A stretch of DNA of 64,000 nucleotides, taken from an uncultured Arcobacteraceae bacterium (GTDB lineage Bacteria; Campylobacterota; Campylobacteria; Campylobacterales; Arcobacteraceae). The stretch lies in contig CAXHZO010000012.1 of the NCBI GenBank assembly GCA_964022095.1, positions 14,424 through 78,423 on the forward strand, read 5' to 3'. The notes beneath the pieces are model-generated. The model was given only the letters and a program-made list of their open reading frames with translations. It did no database searches and was not told where the DNA came from. Every line of letters starts with the position of its first letter. Within the stretch, counting starts at the first letter, position 1. Position numbers and translations under genes: made by a program. Shown piece by piece: positions 31,198-40,919 of the stretch.

Positions 31198-32126
31198 ATA
31201 AGTTTGAAGAAGCTTTAAAAAAACAAAAAGCAATCATTATTGATGGAGCTTTAGGAACACAAATACAAAGAAATGGTCATAATGTAAATGATTCATTATG
31301 GTCAGCTAAGTTTTTAGATGAAAATCCAAAAGTTATAAAAGATGTGCATATACAGTATTTAAACGCTGGTGCAGATATTATCATTACTTCATCTTATCAA
31401 GCTAGTTTTGAAGGATTTTTAAAAAAAGGTTTTACTCAAGAAAAAGCTGTTGAACTACTAAAATTATCTATAAATATTGCTATTGAAGCTAGAGATGACT
31501 TTTGGGAAAAATGTGATCAGCAAAATAGAATAAAACCTTTAGTTGCAGCTTCAATTGGACCTTATGGTGCATATCTAGCTGATGGTTCAGAGTATAGTGG
31601 AGATTATAAAATAAGTGACATTGAGTTAAAGGATTTTCATAAAAAAAGACTTGAAGTATTAATTCAAACAAAACCAGATATTTATGCTTTTGAAACTATT
31701 CCATCAAAAAATGAAGCAAAGATTTTGTGTGACTTAATTGAAGATTTTAATATAAAAAACTCTTGGATAAGTTTTAGTGCAAAAAATGAAAACTTTACAA
31801 ATGCCCATGATGAAATCGTTGAAGCTATAAAATATCTTAACAATTGTCATTCATTAGGTGCAGTTGGAATAAACTGTACAGCACCTCAGTATATTCCACA
31901 ACTAATTGAGAATATAAAATCTTCTACAAATAAACCTATTGTTATTTATCCAAATGGTGGTTCTAAATATAATCCTATAACTAAAAATTGGGAAAAAGGA
32001 GAAATCTCACCAATTGAATATTCAAAGATGGCTCATTTATGGTTTGAAAAAGGTGCAACAATAATTGGAGGATGTTGCGAAACTGGACCTGAAGAGATAA
32101 AACAAATTAGAAATATTTTATCTTAA
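31194..32126 (+). CDS. mmuM: Homocysteine S-methyltransferase
   Basis: IDGALGT, LWSA, SIGPYGAYLADGSEYSG, GINC, IGGCC. Confidence 0.9.
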   Translation: MNKFEEALKKQKAIIIDGALGTQIQRNGHNVNDSLWSAKFLDENPKVIKDVHIQYLNAGADIIITSSYQASFEGFLKKGFTQEKAVELLKLSINIAIEARDDFWEKCDQQNRIKPLVAASIGPYGAYLADGSEYSGDYKISDIELKDFHKKRLEVLIQTKPDIYAFETIPSKNEAKILCDLIEDFNIKNSWISFSAKNENFTNAHDEIVEAIKYLNNCHSLGAVGINCTAPQYIPQLIENIKSSTNKPIVIYPNGGSKYNPITKNWEKGEISPIEYSKMAHLWFEKGATIIGGCCETGPEEIKQIRNILS

Positions 32127-32138
32127 AAAGAGTAAATA

Positions 32139-32771
32139 GTGAATGCAATAGAATATTTAAAAAGACACCATAGTAATGATACTATTATTACAAAAGATAT
32201 AACTTTAGCAAAGTTTTGTACAGTTCAAAACAATTATAAACACAAATTTATCATCCCTTCTAATCTGTTAAATGTAGTATATAGTGGTAAAAAAATACTT
32301 CATACAGTAAATGGTGATATTGAAGTAAAAGCTGGTGAGGCTTTTTTTATGACTAAGGGTGAGTATGTGATGAGTGAAGTTATAGGTGAAGAGGATTATG
32401 AGTGTTTATTAATCTTTTTTGATCATCATGCAACTAGAAAACTAATTTCAGAGTTACCTTTTAGATTAAATATTAATAATTCAAAAGTTTTATGGAATCA
32501 AACTATGAAAAAGATTTAAGCCTTGAAGAGTTTGCTAGGCTTAGTGGTAGAAGCCTAAGTGGCTTTAAAAATGAGTTTAAATCAATATTTGATGAAAACT
32601 CCTATGAAGTGGATTTTGAAAAAAAGAGTACAGAAAGGTAGATTTCTTATTCAAGAACTTGGTTATGATGTTGGAACTGCTGCATTAAGTGTAGGATTTA
32701 AAACACATGCTCACTTTACTAGAATATATAAAGAACAATATAATTCAGCGCCTAGCTTTACAGATAAATGA
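32139..32771 (+). pseudogene. AraC-family regulator pseudogene
   Basis: Three pieces in three frames: N-terminal cupin-like part, FMESNYEKDLSLEEFARLSGRSLSGFKNEFKSIFDE (ATG 32492), and TPMKWILKKR...VGFKTHAHFTRIYK. Confidence 0.8.
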
Positions 32772-32840
32772 TTAGACTTTTTAGATAAACAATAAAGTAA
32801 AAATTATGGTTATAATACTTGAAATATAAAAGGAGTTTAT

Positions 32841-33689
32841 ATGAAGAAAATTACATTAACACTATTATCAACTGCTATTTTAGGTCTTGCAAGTACTATT
32901 ACAATAGATGGTTTTAGTTCACCTGAAAGTATGATAACAAATAATAAAAACTTGTATGTATCAAATGTAGGAAAAGAGTTGAAACCTACACAAAAAGATG
33001 GAGATGGTTTTATTTCAAAACTATCTAAAGATGGAAAAGTAGAATCTTTACATTTTATAGATGGGTTAAATGCACCGAAAGGTATGGGTATAGTAAATAA
33101 TACTCTTTATGTAGCAGATATTGATACGTTAAGAGGGTTTGATTTAAATACGAAAAAAGAGGTATTTTCTTTAATATTTAATGGAATCAGTTTTTTAAAT
33201 GATATTACTGTTAAAGATAGTAATACACTATTTGTAGGTGCAAGTGATAAAGAAGCTATTTATGAAGTGAATATCGCAGAAAAAAGTTATAAAAAACTAA
33301 TAGACTTTACAACTGCAAATGGACTTTTCTATGAAAATAATATTTTATACGCAGCGCAGCTTGGAAGTAGTGCAAAGTCTATGTTTGATGGAAAAGGTAG
33401 ACTATTTATGATTGAGTTAGATAACAATAATAAATTAACTCAATTAGGAACTTTCCAAGGTGTTTTAGATGGTGTTACTAAAGTAGGGGATAATGTTTTT
33501 GTAAGTGATTGGGGTAATGGCAAAGATACAGGTATTGTAAGAGTTTATAACCTTAAAACAAAAAAAGAAGATATCTTAAAACTTGAACCATTTATGGGTG
33601 CAGCTGATTTTTGGATAGATGACAATAAATTGTATTTACCTCAAATGATTGGTGGAAAAATTAGTATCATAAATCTTCCAGCTTTATAG
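32841..33689 (+). CDS. Exported SMP-30/gluconolactonase-like beta-propeller protein
   Basis: Signal peptide, FSSPES, DGDGFISKL, GLNAPKGM, FLNDI. Confidence 0.7.
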   Translation: MKKITLTLLSTAILGLASTITIDGFSSPESMITNNKNLYVSNVGKELKPTQKDGDGFISKLSKDGKVESLHFIDGLNAPKGMGIVNNTLYVADIDTLRGFDLNTKKEVFSLIFNGISFLNDITVKDSNTLFVGASDKEAIYEVNIAEKSYKKLIDFTTANGLFYENNILYAAQLGSSAKSMFDGKGRLFMIELDNNNKLTQLGTFQGVLDGVTKVGDNVFVSDWGNGKDTGIVRVYNLKTKKEDILKLEPFMGAADFWIDDNKLYLPQMIGGKISIINLPAL

Positions 33690-34269
33690 TTTTTCTTATT
33701 CTACTTAAATGAGTTGGTGATATACCAAGATATGAAGCAATATGATATTGCGAAAGTCTTGAAAGTATATGACCAAACTCTTGTAAAAATCTTTCATATC
33801 TTTTCCTAGCATCTTCTAAAACTAAAGAGTAAGTACTATCATCTTTTTGCATAATCCAGTGTTTTTCTAAATACAAAATATGATACATCTTTAAATCTTC
33901 AAATTTATAAAGCAATTGTCTGTATTTATCATGTTGTATATCAATTACAATAGAATCTTCAATCGCTTGAACACTAGAATTAGCAGAAGTATTTGTCAAA
34001 AGTGCAACTATAGGACCATAGATTCTATTTTCCCAAAAGAAATTTTTTGTATATTCATCACCATTTTCATTTATTGTAAATGTTCTAAATAAGCCTTTAT
34101 ATACATATGATATTGCATTTACATTGTCATATAGATCAAAGGCGTAGGCATCTTTTTTTATTTCTTTTATTGTACAAATTTGTTTTAATTCATTCCATGT
34201 TTCTTTACTAAGTGAAAAGTAAGAGTTTATTGTTTGTTTTAAACTATCAAATATTTTATCTTCATTCAT
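33667..34269 (-). CDS. Crp/Fnr family transcriptional regulator
   Basis: cNMP-like domain; QYHIASYLGISPTHLSRIRK. Confidence 0.9.
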   Translation of the reverse strand: MNEDKIFDSLKQTINSYFSLSKETWNELKQICTIKEIKKDAYAFDLYDNVNAISYVYKGLFRTFTINENGDEYTKNFFWENRIYGPIVALLTNTSANSSVQAIEDSIVIDIQHDKYRQLLYKFEDLKMYHILYLEKHWIMQKDDSTYSLVLEDARKRYERFLQEFGHILSRLSQYHIASYLGISPTHLSRIRKTIKLEDL

Positions 34270-34354
34270 TTTTGAAGATTATCAAAAAAATCAACATATG
34301 TAAATGACAAAATAAGTTTATTTATATAAACTTTCAATAAAAACAAGGTTTACA

Positions 34355-35254
34355 ATGACAGAAAAACAAAAAGCACATATTTTAGTGCTTATCGCTACTG
34401 TTTTAATAGCATTATCTTTTATTGTTTCAGGTAAATTATCAGGGCTTATTAATCCTATATCTTTAACTTTATTTAGATTTGTATTGGCATTTATTGTTTT
34501 GTTACCATTTATTTTAGTAATAAAAAAAAATAGAGTTAAAATTAAAAAAAGTTTTATGAAAGGCCTTAAAATAAGTCTTTTTTATAGTTTGTATTTTATT
34601 CTTTTATTCAAAGCTTTAGAGTACACAACAGCTTTAAATACAGCTACTTTATTTACTCTTGTTCCTTTATTAACAGCAATTTTAGCTGGTTTTATTTTCA
34701 AAGATAAATTAAATATTTTCAAAATCAGTATCTATTTATTAGGAATGATAGGAACATTAGTAGTAATATTTGATGGAAGTATAGATGCTTTTGTAAAATT
34801 AACTTTTAATTATGGAGATATTATATTTTTATTTGCCATTGTTTCAATGGCATTTTACTCTATTAGTACAAAATACTTTTATGAAGAAGATGATGAAGTT
34901 TTAGTATTAACTTTAATGACACTATTTGGCGGAATCATTTGGATGGCATTAGTTTTAGTTGCTTTTGATATACCATTACAGTGGGAGAAGATTGAAGGTA
35001 AGTATTTTAATTATATGATTTATTTAAGTATTGGTGCAACACTTTTTACTGTGTTTTTATACCAAAAAGCAACAGTAATTCTTGGTCCAAATAAAGTTAT
35101 GTCTTATGTTTATTTAAATCCGGCGGTTGTAGCAATTATTATGTATTTATTTGAAAGTCAAACTATAAATCAAAAAGTTTTCATAGGTATATTATTATCA
35201 GTTTTTGCTACAATTATTTTACTGAAACAAAATAAAAAGATAAAGAAGAATTAA
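34355..35254 (+). CDS. DMT/EamA family transporter
   Basis: About 10 TM helices, EamA-type repeats. Confidence 0.88.
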   Translation: MTEKQKAHILVLIATVLIALSFIVSGKLSGLINPISLTLFRFVLAFIVLLPFILVIKKNRVKIKKSFMKGLKISLFYSLYFILLFKALEYTTALNTATLFTLVPLLTAILAGFIFKDKLNIFKISIYLLGMIGTLVVIFDGSIDAFVKLTFNYGDIIFLFAIVSMAFYSISTKYFYEEDDEVLVLTLMTLFGGIIWMALVLVAFDIPLQWEKIEGKYFNYMIYLSIGATLFTVFLYQKATVILGPNKVMSYVYLNPAVVAIIMYLFESQTINQKVFIGILLSVFATIILLKQNKKIKKN

Positions 35255-35697
35255 TGAAAGTTACAAGAATAAAAAAACTAATGATTTCAGGTCTTAGTAC
35301 TATTACAAACAATGAACTAGAAATGAGTGAAGAAAACGGTAAGATCCCAACACTGTGGAATGATTACTTCGAAAAAGAGATTTATAAAAAGACTTTTAAT
35401 AAAGCAAATAAAGATTATATGTATGGAGTATATAGTGATTATGAAAGTGATGTAAATGGAGATTATAAAATAACAGTTGGTGTGGAGGTTACAAAACCAA
35501 AAAATGCAATTGTTATTGAAGATAAAAAGTATTTAGTTTTTGATAAACAAGGTGATATTTCTGAAATTGTTATAGATTTATGGAAAGAGATTTGGGACTA
35601 TTTTGAAAAAGAGACTACATATGAAAGAGCTTATGGTGTTGATTTTGAAAAATATGTAGCCGAAGAAGAGATCGAAATCTACATATCAATCAAATAA
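35254..35697 (+). CDS. GyrI-like small-molecule-binding protein
   Basis: KIPTLW, YGVYSDYESD, LWKEIW, RAYGVDFEKY. Confidence 0.85.
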   Translation: MKVTRIKKLMISGLSTITNNELEMSEENGKIPTLWNDYFEKEIYKKTFNKANKDYMYGVYSDYESDVNGDYKITVGVEVTKPKNAIVIEDKKYLVFDKQGDISEIVIDLWKEIWDYFEKETTYERAYGVDFEKYVAEEEIEIYISIK

Positions 35698-36447
35698 TAA
35701 AGGATTTTCGTATTTATATTTAAATCCTAATTTTGTGATCTTACTACCGTCAATAATTCTATTTTTTTTAGATATGTCTAAAAAAATAGAAGGTTCAAAA
35801 TTATGTTTAATACTGTTGTTTTTATAAACTTCTTTTTTTGTTGGAGTTATTGAAGCTGTGAGGTTAAATACTCCATTTATATTATTTTGGATTACAAAAT
35901 TCGTAGCTGATATTATATCATCTCTGTGAATATGATTTACTAAAGAGTTACTATCTTTTACTTCTTTTGCTGATAGTCTTTTACCTGCAATTCTATTCCC
36001 TCCAATTAAGCCTGAACATCTAAATATAACATCTGTTTTATCTTTTATAGCTATTTCTGCATCAAATACTTTTTGAGAAGTTGGAGTATTTATAACACTA
36101 TTTTCATCATATACTCCATCTTCTTTTGGGTAAACAGATGTTGAACTTATGAAAAAGATTTTTTCTATATCTTTTATCTTTTCATATGAGTAAATAGTAT
36201 TTAAAAACTCAACATAGTTATCAAATTTTGATGGAGGAAAATTTATAAACAGATAATTACAATCTAAAAGCTTATCTAAATTATTTGTCTGTTTTTCATT
36301 TAAAACATATGTTTCAAAGCCTAACTCTTCGTAAAAAGAGATTTTCTCTTTTGTTCTTGAAGAGACTTTTATTTTGTATTGATTTTGTAAAGATTTAGCT
36401 AGTTCTAATCCTAACCAACCAGTTCCTAGTATTGTAAATGTTTTCAT
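35686..36447 (-). CDS. NAD(P)-binding Rossmann protein (YeeZ-like SDR)
   Basis: ILGTGWLG, FISSTSVY, NHIHRDD. Confidence 0.8.
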   Translation of the reverse strand: MKTFTILGTGWLGLELAKSLQNQYKIKVSSRTKEKISFYEELGFETYVLNEKQTNNLDKLLDCNYLFINFPPSKFDNYVEFLNTIYSYEKIKDIEKIFFISSTSVYPKEDGVYDENSVINTPTSQKVFDAEIAIKDKTDVIFRCSGLIGGNRIAGKRLSAKEVKDSNSLVNHIHRDDIISATNFVIQNNINGVFNLTASITPTKKEVYKNNSIKHNFEPSIFLDISKKNRIIDGSKITKLGFKYKYENPLLFD

Positions 36448-36522
36448 GATTTGATAATATCATAAATTAAACCTTTTTATAATTATGATATTATTAAAAA
36501 TAAAAAATTATTAGGAAAAAAT

Positions 36523-36738
36523 ATGCCAATAATAAATGTAAAAATGACACATGAAGATGGTGGCGCTACAAAAGAGCAAAAAGAAGAGTTAGCAAAAGGT
36601 ATAACAGAGCTTTTTGCAAAAGTATTTAATGGTAGAGGGGCTAAAAGTGCAGTTGTAGTAATAGAAGAAATCTCAACTGATAATTATGCAATTGGTGGCG
36701 AAACTATTTCAAATATTAGAAAAAAAGTATCAAAGTAG
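36523..36738 (+). CDS. 4-oxalocrotonate tautomerase family protein
   Basis: Pro after initiator Met (MPIINVKM), TKEQKEEL, YAIGG. Confidence 0.9.
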   Translation: MPIINVKMTHEDGGATKEQKEELAKGITELFAKVFNGRGAKSAVVVIEEISTDNYAIGGETISNIRKKVSK

Positions 36739-36739
36739 T

Positions 36740-37369
36740 ATGTATTTAGAAAAGTTAAAAGATTTAGAATCAGAGTTTTTATATCAATATCCAGAAGGTT
36801 TTAAAGATGAACATTTTTTCCCTACAATGAAAAAATTTAAGCCTGAAAAACTTGAAGAGTTTGCAAAAGAGGCTTTAAAAAAAGAGAATTTTTCAAATCC
36901 AAACTTGATTGTTGAAGGCTTTTTTAAAACAGTTCAAAAATCAGTTATGGTTTCACTGTTTGATAAACTAAAATTAAAAGATGCCTTAGCTAGTTTAAAT
37001 TCATATGAAAAAGATATGTTAAGTATCGAAATATATGAACTTTTATATGGAAACCAAAAAGAGGGCTTTGAGGGCTTAGTTGAGTTTCTAGAACAATATA
37101 AATTAGCTAAATGGACTATTGTTAGTATAGTTCCTTATAGTATAAATAGACAGACACAATATTTTATAAAACCAACAACAACTAAAAATATAATCAAATA
37201 CTTGGAGTTAAAAGATGTTGTGTATAAACCAAAACCAACTTATGAGTTTTATAAAAATTACACAGGATATTTAGATGAGATGAAAAAAGAAGTAAGTGAT
37301 ACTTTAACTTTCGATAATGCAGCATTTACAGCATTTTTTAAAATTGCAATTGAAATGTGTGAGGTTTGA
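36740..37369 (+). CDS. Hypothetical protein; TGA stop completed by the inserted element
   Basis: ATG 36740 follows the tautomerase stop; TGA 37367-37369 spans the TSD/IR junction. Confidence 0.7.
   Translation: MYLEKLKDLESEFLYQYPEGFKDEHFFPTMKKFKPEKLEEFAKEALKKENFSNPNLIVEGFFKTVQKSVMVSLFDKLKLKDALASLNSYEKDMLSIEIYELLYGNQKEGFEGLVEFLEQYKLAKWTIVSIVPYSINRQTQYFIKPTTTKNIIKYLELKDVVYKPKPTYEFYKNYTGYLDEMKKEVSDTLTFDNAAFTAFFKIAIEMCEV
37360..37367 (+). repeat. 8-bp target site duplication, left copy (TGAGGTTT)
   Basis: Identical to 40912-40919; abuts the terminal IR. Confidence 0.9.
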
Positions 37370-37638
37370 GACTGTTCAGAGTTTTGTGTCAAAGTTTGAT
37401 AGTCCTAGAGTTTTAGTATAGTTAATCTTATTAATCCTAATTTGTGCCAAAACTTACAGTTTGTTGAACTTTCTATTTTAACTTAGAATCTTTTAAATTC
37501 TGAGTATGAATTTAAATTACCACTCCAAATAAATAATGGCTCTTGGGGTAGACCTTATTCTGAAAATTAGAGTTTTTTAATTATGGTTCTTGATGTTAAG
37601 TGATTCTGCTATAAAATCAAATTTGAAAAAGGAAAAAA

Positions 37639-38055
37639 ATGGAATTACCATCAATAAATTTATTCTCTTTTATTTTTAATTTAAAAAAAGAAAAACCAAA
37701 AAATGGATATTTTTTAGAATTTAATAAAAAAGGATCTGAAAATTCTAGACATCATATATTTAAAGAGAACAAAGTGATAGACTCAAGAATAGATTTAAAA
37801 AATATTTCTATGGGTGTTCTTTGGGGATACAATGGTGCTGGTCCAAGACAAGCTGCACTAGCAATACTAGCTGATTATAAGAATGATGAATTTGCCTTAA
37901 AACATTATGAGCAGTTTGCTATTGATGTTATCAATAAATTAAAACATGATAGAAATGATTTTTTGAAATTTACTACTATCCAAGATTGGATTGACAATGT
38001 TCATTTTACAGCTGATTATGCTGAATTAGAAGATGATAAAAGTGAGCAATGCTAA
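37639..38055 (+). CDS. DUF6166-like protein (cargo)
   Basis: WGYNGAGPRQAALAILADY...ALKHYEQFAIDVI; AAAGGA RBS. Confidence 0.6.
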   Translation: MELPSINLFSFIFNLKKEKPKNGYFLEFNKKGSENSRHHIFKENKVIDSRIDLKNISMGVLWGYNGAGPRQAALAILADYKNDEFALKHYEQFAIDVINKLKHDRNDFLKFTTIQDWIDNVHFTADYAELEDDKSEQC

Positions 38056-38213
38056 ATAAGTATTGGAAAGAAGGAATTCTGGGAAGGGTATTCATATTTA
38101 ATTACTTAGTCAATTTAGTAACGTGTCCTCGAAATTAAGTGTCTTAAAAATAATTAATCAAATATTTAAATAAATTATTATATTATTAAATAAATTATTT
38201 CTAGGAAATTTAT

Positions 38214-38969
38214 TTGAAAAATGCAAAAAATAGAATATCAAGAGCAGAAAGAAAATTTATAGAATTAAAAAAATTTATATTGAATAATCCCCCTTATATT
38301 TATACTTTTGAAGTTGACTTAAATAAAAAAGAATGTTGTACTTATGCAAAAGGTAATGAATCTAATATTGATGAAATTAAAATGGAAATTGGAGATTTAA
38401 TACATCAAATTAGAATTACTTTAGATAATGCATATTGGGATTGTGTTTCACCTTTTGTTAATGAAATTGAACATCGAAGTATTCAATTTCCAATTGGTAG
38501 AAGTAAAAGTGGTTATGAAAATAATCTTAAGAGTAGATTGGCTGCAAAAGTTAGTGATGATTTTTTTAATAAAATGAAAAGAATAAAAGCATATCCAGAT
38601 GAAGATGGAAATAAAATTTTATGTTTAATTAATGAACTTGATATAACAGATAAACATAAATTCCCTAATCCAATTATTGATTATACCACTGTATCAACTT
38701 CTCAATTAAAAGAACAAATCAATAATTTTCCTGAAAATATAAATATTGATAATATGATTATTAGTAATTGCCATAGACATATATGTTGGAGTATTAATAA
38801 TTACCAAATTACTAAAGAATTTATATCCATACCACCTACAACATTTCTATATGAAAAGGAATTAAATATAAATATTGGAATTAATATTAAAGATGGATTA
38901 CCATTATTAGAAACTTTACATAAAATGATTAATGAAGTAAAAAACACTATTTCAATATTATCTGAGTAG
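38214..38969 (+). CDS. Hypothetical protein, possibly HEPN-like (cargo)
   Basis: IGDLIHQIRITLDNAYW, IQFPI, LINELDITDKH; AGGA RBS before TTG. Confidence 0.55.
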   Translation: MKNAKNRISRAERKFIELKKFILNNPPYIYTFEVDLNKKECCTYAKGNESNIDEIKMEIGDLIHQIRITLDNAYWDCVSPFVNEIEHRSIQFPIGRSKSGYENNLKSRLAAKVSDDFFNKMKRIKAYPDEDGNKILCLINELDITDKHKFPNPIIDYTTVSTSQLKEQINNFPENINIDNMIISNCHRHICWSINNYQITKEFISIPPTTFLYEKELNINIGINIKDGLPLLETLHKMINEVKNTISILSE

Positions 38970-39024
38970 CATACTAGTATATATATGTTTGAAACAATAA
39001 AAAATATATTTAAAAGGAACTAAT

Positions 39025-39894
39025 ATGAAAAGAGGAATTGTAGCGACACCTGGAATTTTACATAAATTACCTCAGGGTATTCAAATGGAAAGAAGTTTAA
39101 ATTTTGATGAACTTAAATATTACATATTATATTTTAATAAAGTAGTGATTCCTTCTAATAATGGTTTATATATTGGGCTACCCAATGAGAAAGAGTTAAT
39201 CGAATCTAATCTTATTAAAAGACCAAACTATAATGTTTCAGGATTAATAGATTATGCATTATTAACAAAAATACAGACTACTGAATTAGAAAGATTACAA
39301 AAAATAAATGATAATACTTACTGGAATTTACATCAAATAGGTGGAGACTCAATTATTGCCTCTAATGAAGATCTTGTAAGAAAAGAAACAATAAAATTTA
39401 AGTTATTAAATGTTCTTCCAGTTCCTTCAGAAGATGTGAGTATTGATGAGCTTTCAATATTTAAAGAAAAGAGAAGTGACGAATTTAATTCACTACATGA
39501 AACAATTGATAATCTTTATCTTGATATATTAAAATCTCCGGATCAAGTATTCTCTGAAAGAAAAATAATAATTCAACTTCAGAATGATATTGGAAATATT
39601 CAAAAGGTTTCATCAGAGAAATGGAAAATCTTTAAAGGATATAGTTTGGATTATGACTTTACAATAGCTACTGAATTATCAACTTCAGGATTAATTGCAG
39701 GTGGTGGGGCAGGATATGTATTTGATCAAGCTCTTTTTGGTACGACATTTCCAATAGGTACAATTATAGGAGCAGCTGTTAAGGGTATTGATATTAAAGT
39801 ATTACCTAGCATGACATTAAAAAAAGAGACTCCAAACCACCAATTATCATATATATCGCATGGAATTAAGAATGGAATTATAAAGACTGTTTAA
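39025..39894 (+). CDS. DUF6236-like protein (cargo)
   Basis: YYILYFNKVVIP, LLNVLPVP...IDELSIFKEKRSDE; Gly-rich hydrophobic C-terminal stretch. Confidence 0.6.
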   Translation: MKRGIVATPGILHKLPQGIQMERSLNFDELKYYILYFNKVVIPSNNGLYIGLPNEKELIESNLIKRPNYNVSGLIDYALLTKIQTTELERLQKINDNTYWNLHQIGGDSIIASNEDLVRKETIKFKLLNVLPVPSEDVSIDELSIFKEKRSDEFNSLHETIDNLYLDILKSPDQVFSERKIIIQLQNDIGNIQKVSSEKWKIFKGYSLDYDFTIATELSTSGLIAGGGAGYVFDQALFGTTFPIGTIIGAAVKGIDIKVLPSMTLKKETPNHQLSYISHGIKNGIIKTV

Positions 39895-40307
39895 TTTAAA
39901 CTAAAGAGTCTGAATATCATTAAATCAAAAATGATAAAGGAATCTAGTTACGGTACTTAATAGAAAAGAGGAGTATATACTATATAGATATATTTCATTA
40001 CTCATAATACATGAATCTAATGACTAAAATCATGTCCAATTTTTTACTTAAAGGAATAAGAACAAAGAATATAGCTAGATATAAAAGCTTTTATTTCTTT
40101 ATTTTACAGTAATTAGAGAAAGGAATGTATTATCATAATAGACACGTATGTTAATCTTCCAAGTTACAGCAATTTCTTGATTCAATTTAATGTTCTAAAA
40201 CCACTAGTTTTTAGAACACAAACACTTATTAGTATTTTATGTTCAATAAAGTGTTCAAAATGCAAAAATCTTAATTCCCACAAAGCCTTAAGAGTTTTTG
40301 AATACTT

Positions 40308-40465
40308 TTAAAACAAACTCTTACACTCAACTTCCTGATCTCTTAGCTTATTTCCTTTGGTCTTAAGTCCAATAGTATTCTCATAGTAGGAACACCTCTC
40401 ATACTTCTTCTCTTTGTTAAGTAGGATCTTCCAGAAGCCACTAGGAACAGATATCTTATTTCTTC
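40308..40465 (-). pseudogene. C-terminal fragment of a DNA/RNA non-specific endonuclease
   Basis: IGRNKISVPSGFWKIL...ERCSYYEN...EVECKSLF*; its 5' part is replaced by the transposase remnant. Confidence 0.55.
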
Positions 40466-40862
40466 CTATGCAAATGGATAAATTGACTCTAATGGTCTTT
40501 GTTTCCATTCTTTGAGTAATGGTATAACCTTATCTGTAAAATCACTTATTGTTGCTTTTGAAAATTTCATACCAAATTTTTCAATGTGTTCAGCTATTTG
40601 GCTATAACTATTACCTAAAGCATATAAAGATAAAATCTTTTGTTCTATATGATCTGACATATGGGTTTGGTGTTTTTTAACAATATGAGGTTCGTAAGAT
40701 CCCCTTCCTGTCTCTTGGAACTTCTAACTCAATTCACCAACACTACTTTTCATAGTTTTTAAAGATTTACCATTCTTTCTATTTTTATTTATCTCAGAAG
40801 TTAGATGAGATTTTAACTCTGCTTCTAATGCAGCTTTAATTCATTCAAGTGCATCTGTTCAA
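40466..40862 (-). pseudogene. IS256-family transposase, N-terminal remnant
   Basis: AALEAELKSHL...NRKNGKSLKTMKSSVGE / ELEVPRDRKG / SYEPHIVKKHQ...IEQKILSLYALGNSY...TDKVIPLLKEWKQRPLESIYPF, with frameshifts; DDE domain absent. Confidence 0.88.
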
Positions 40863-40911
40863 TCCTTTAGAATAAATTATATAAGACTGACACAAAATTT
40901 CTAACACTCCC

Positions 40912-40919
40912 TGAGGTTT
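40912..40919 (+). repeat. 8-bp target site duplication, right copy (TGAGGTTT)
   Basis: Identical to 37360-37367. Confidence 0.9.

Larger units (their letters stand above)
37368..40911 (-). mobile_element. Non-autonomous IS256-derived transposon with cargo genes (3544 bp)
   Basis: Terminal IRs GAGACTGTTCAGAGTTTTGTGTCA (37368-37391) and GGGAGTGTTAGAAATTTTGTGTCA (reverse complement of 40888-40911), 18/24 identical; 8-bp TSD; internal IS256 transposase remnant. Confidence 0.88.

Noticed and set aside
36686-36739. Track start for the 227-aa ORF
   Set aside because: Overlaps the tautomerase gene; ATG 36740 fits better.
38118-38145. TAACGTGTCCTCGAAATTAAGTGTC as a possible orphan IS end
   Set aside because: No partner repeat or transposase found.
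40308-40660. 66-aa and 64-aa ORFs as real small genes
   Set aside because: They are pieces of the nuclease and IS256 transposase remnants.
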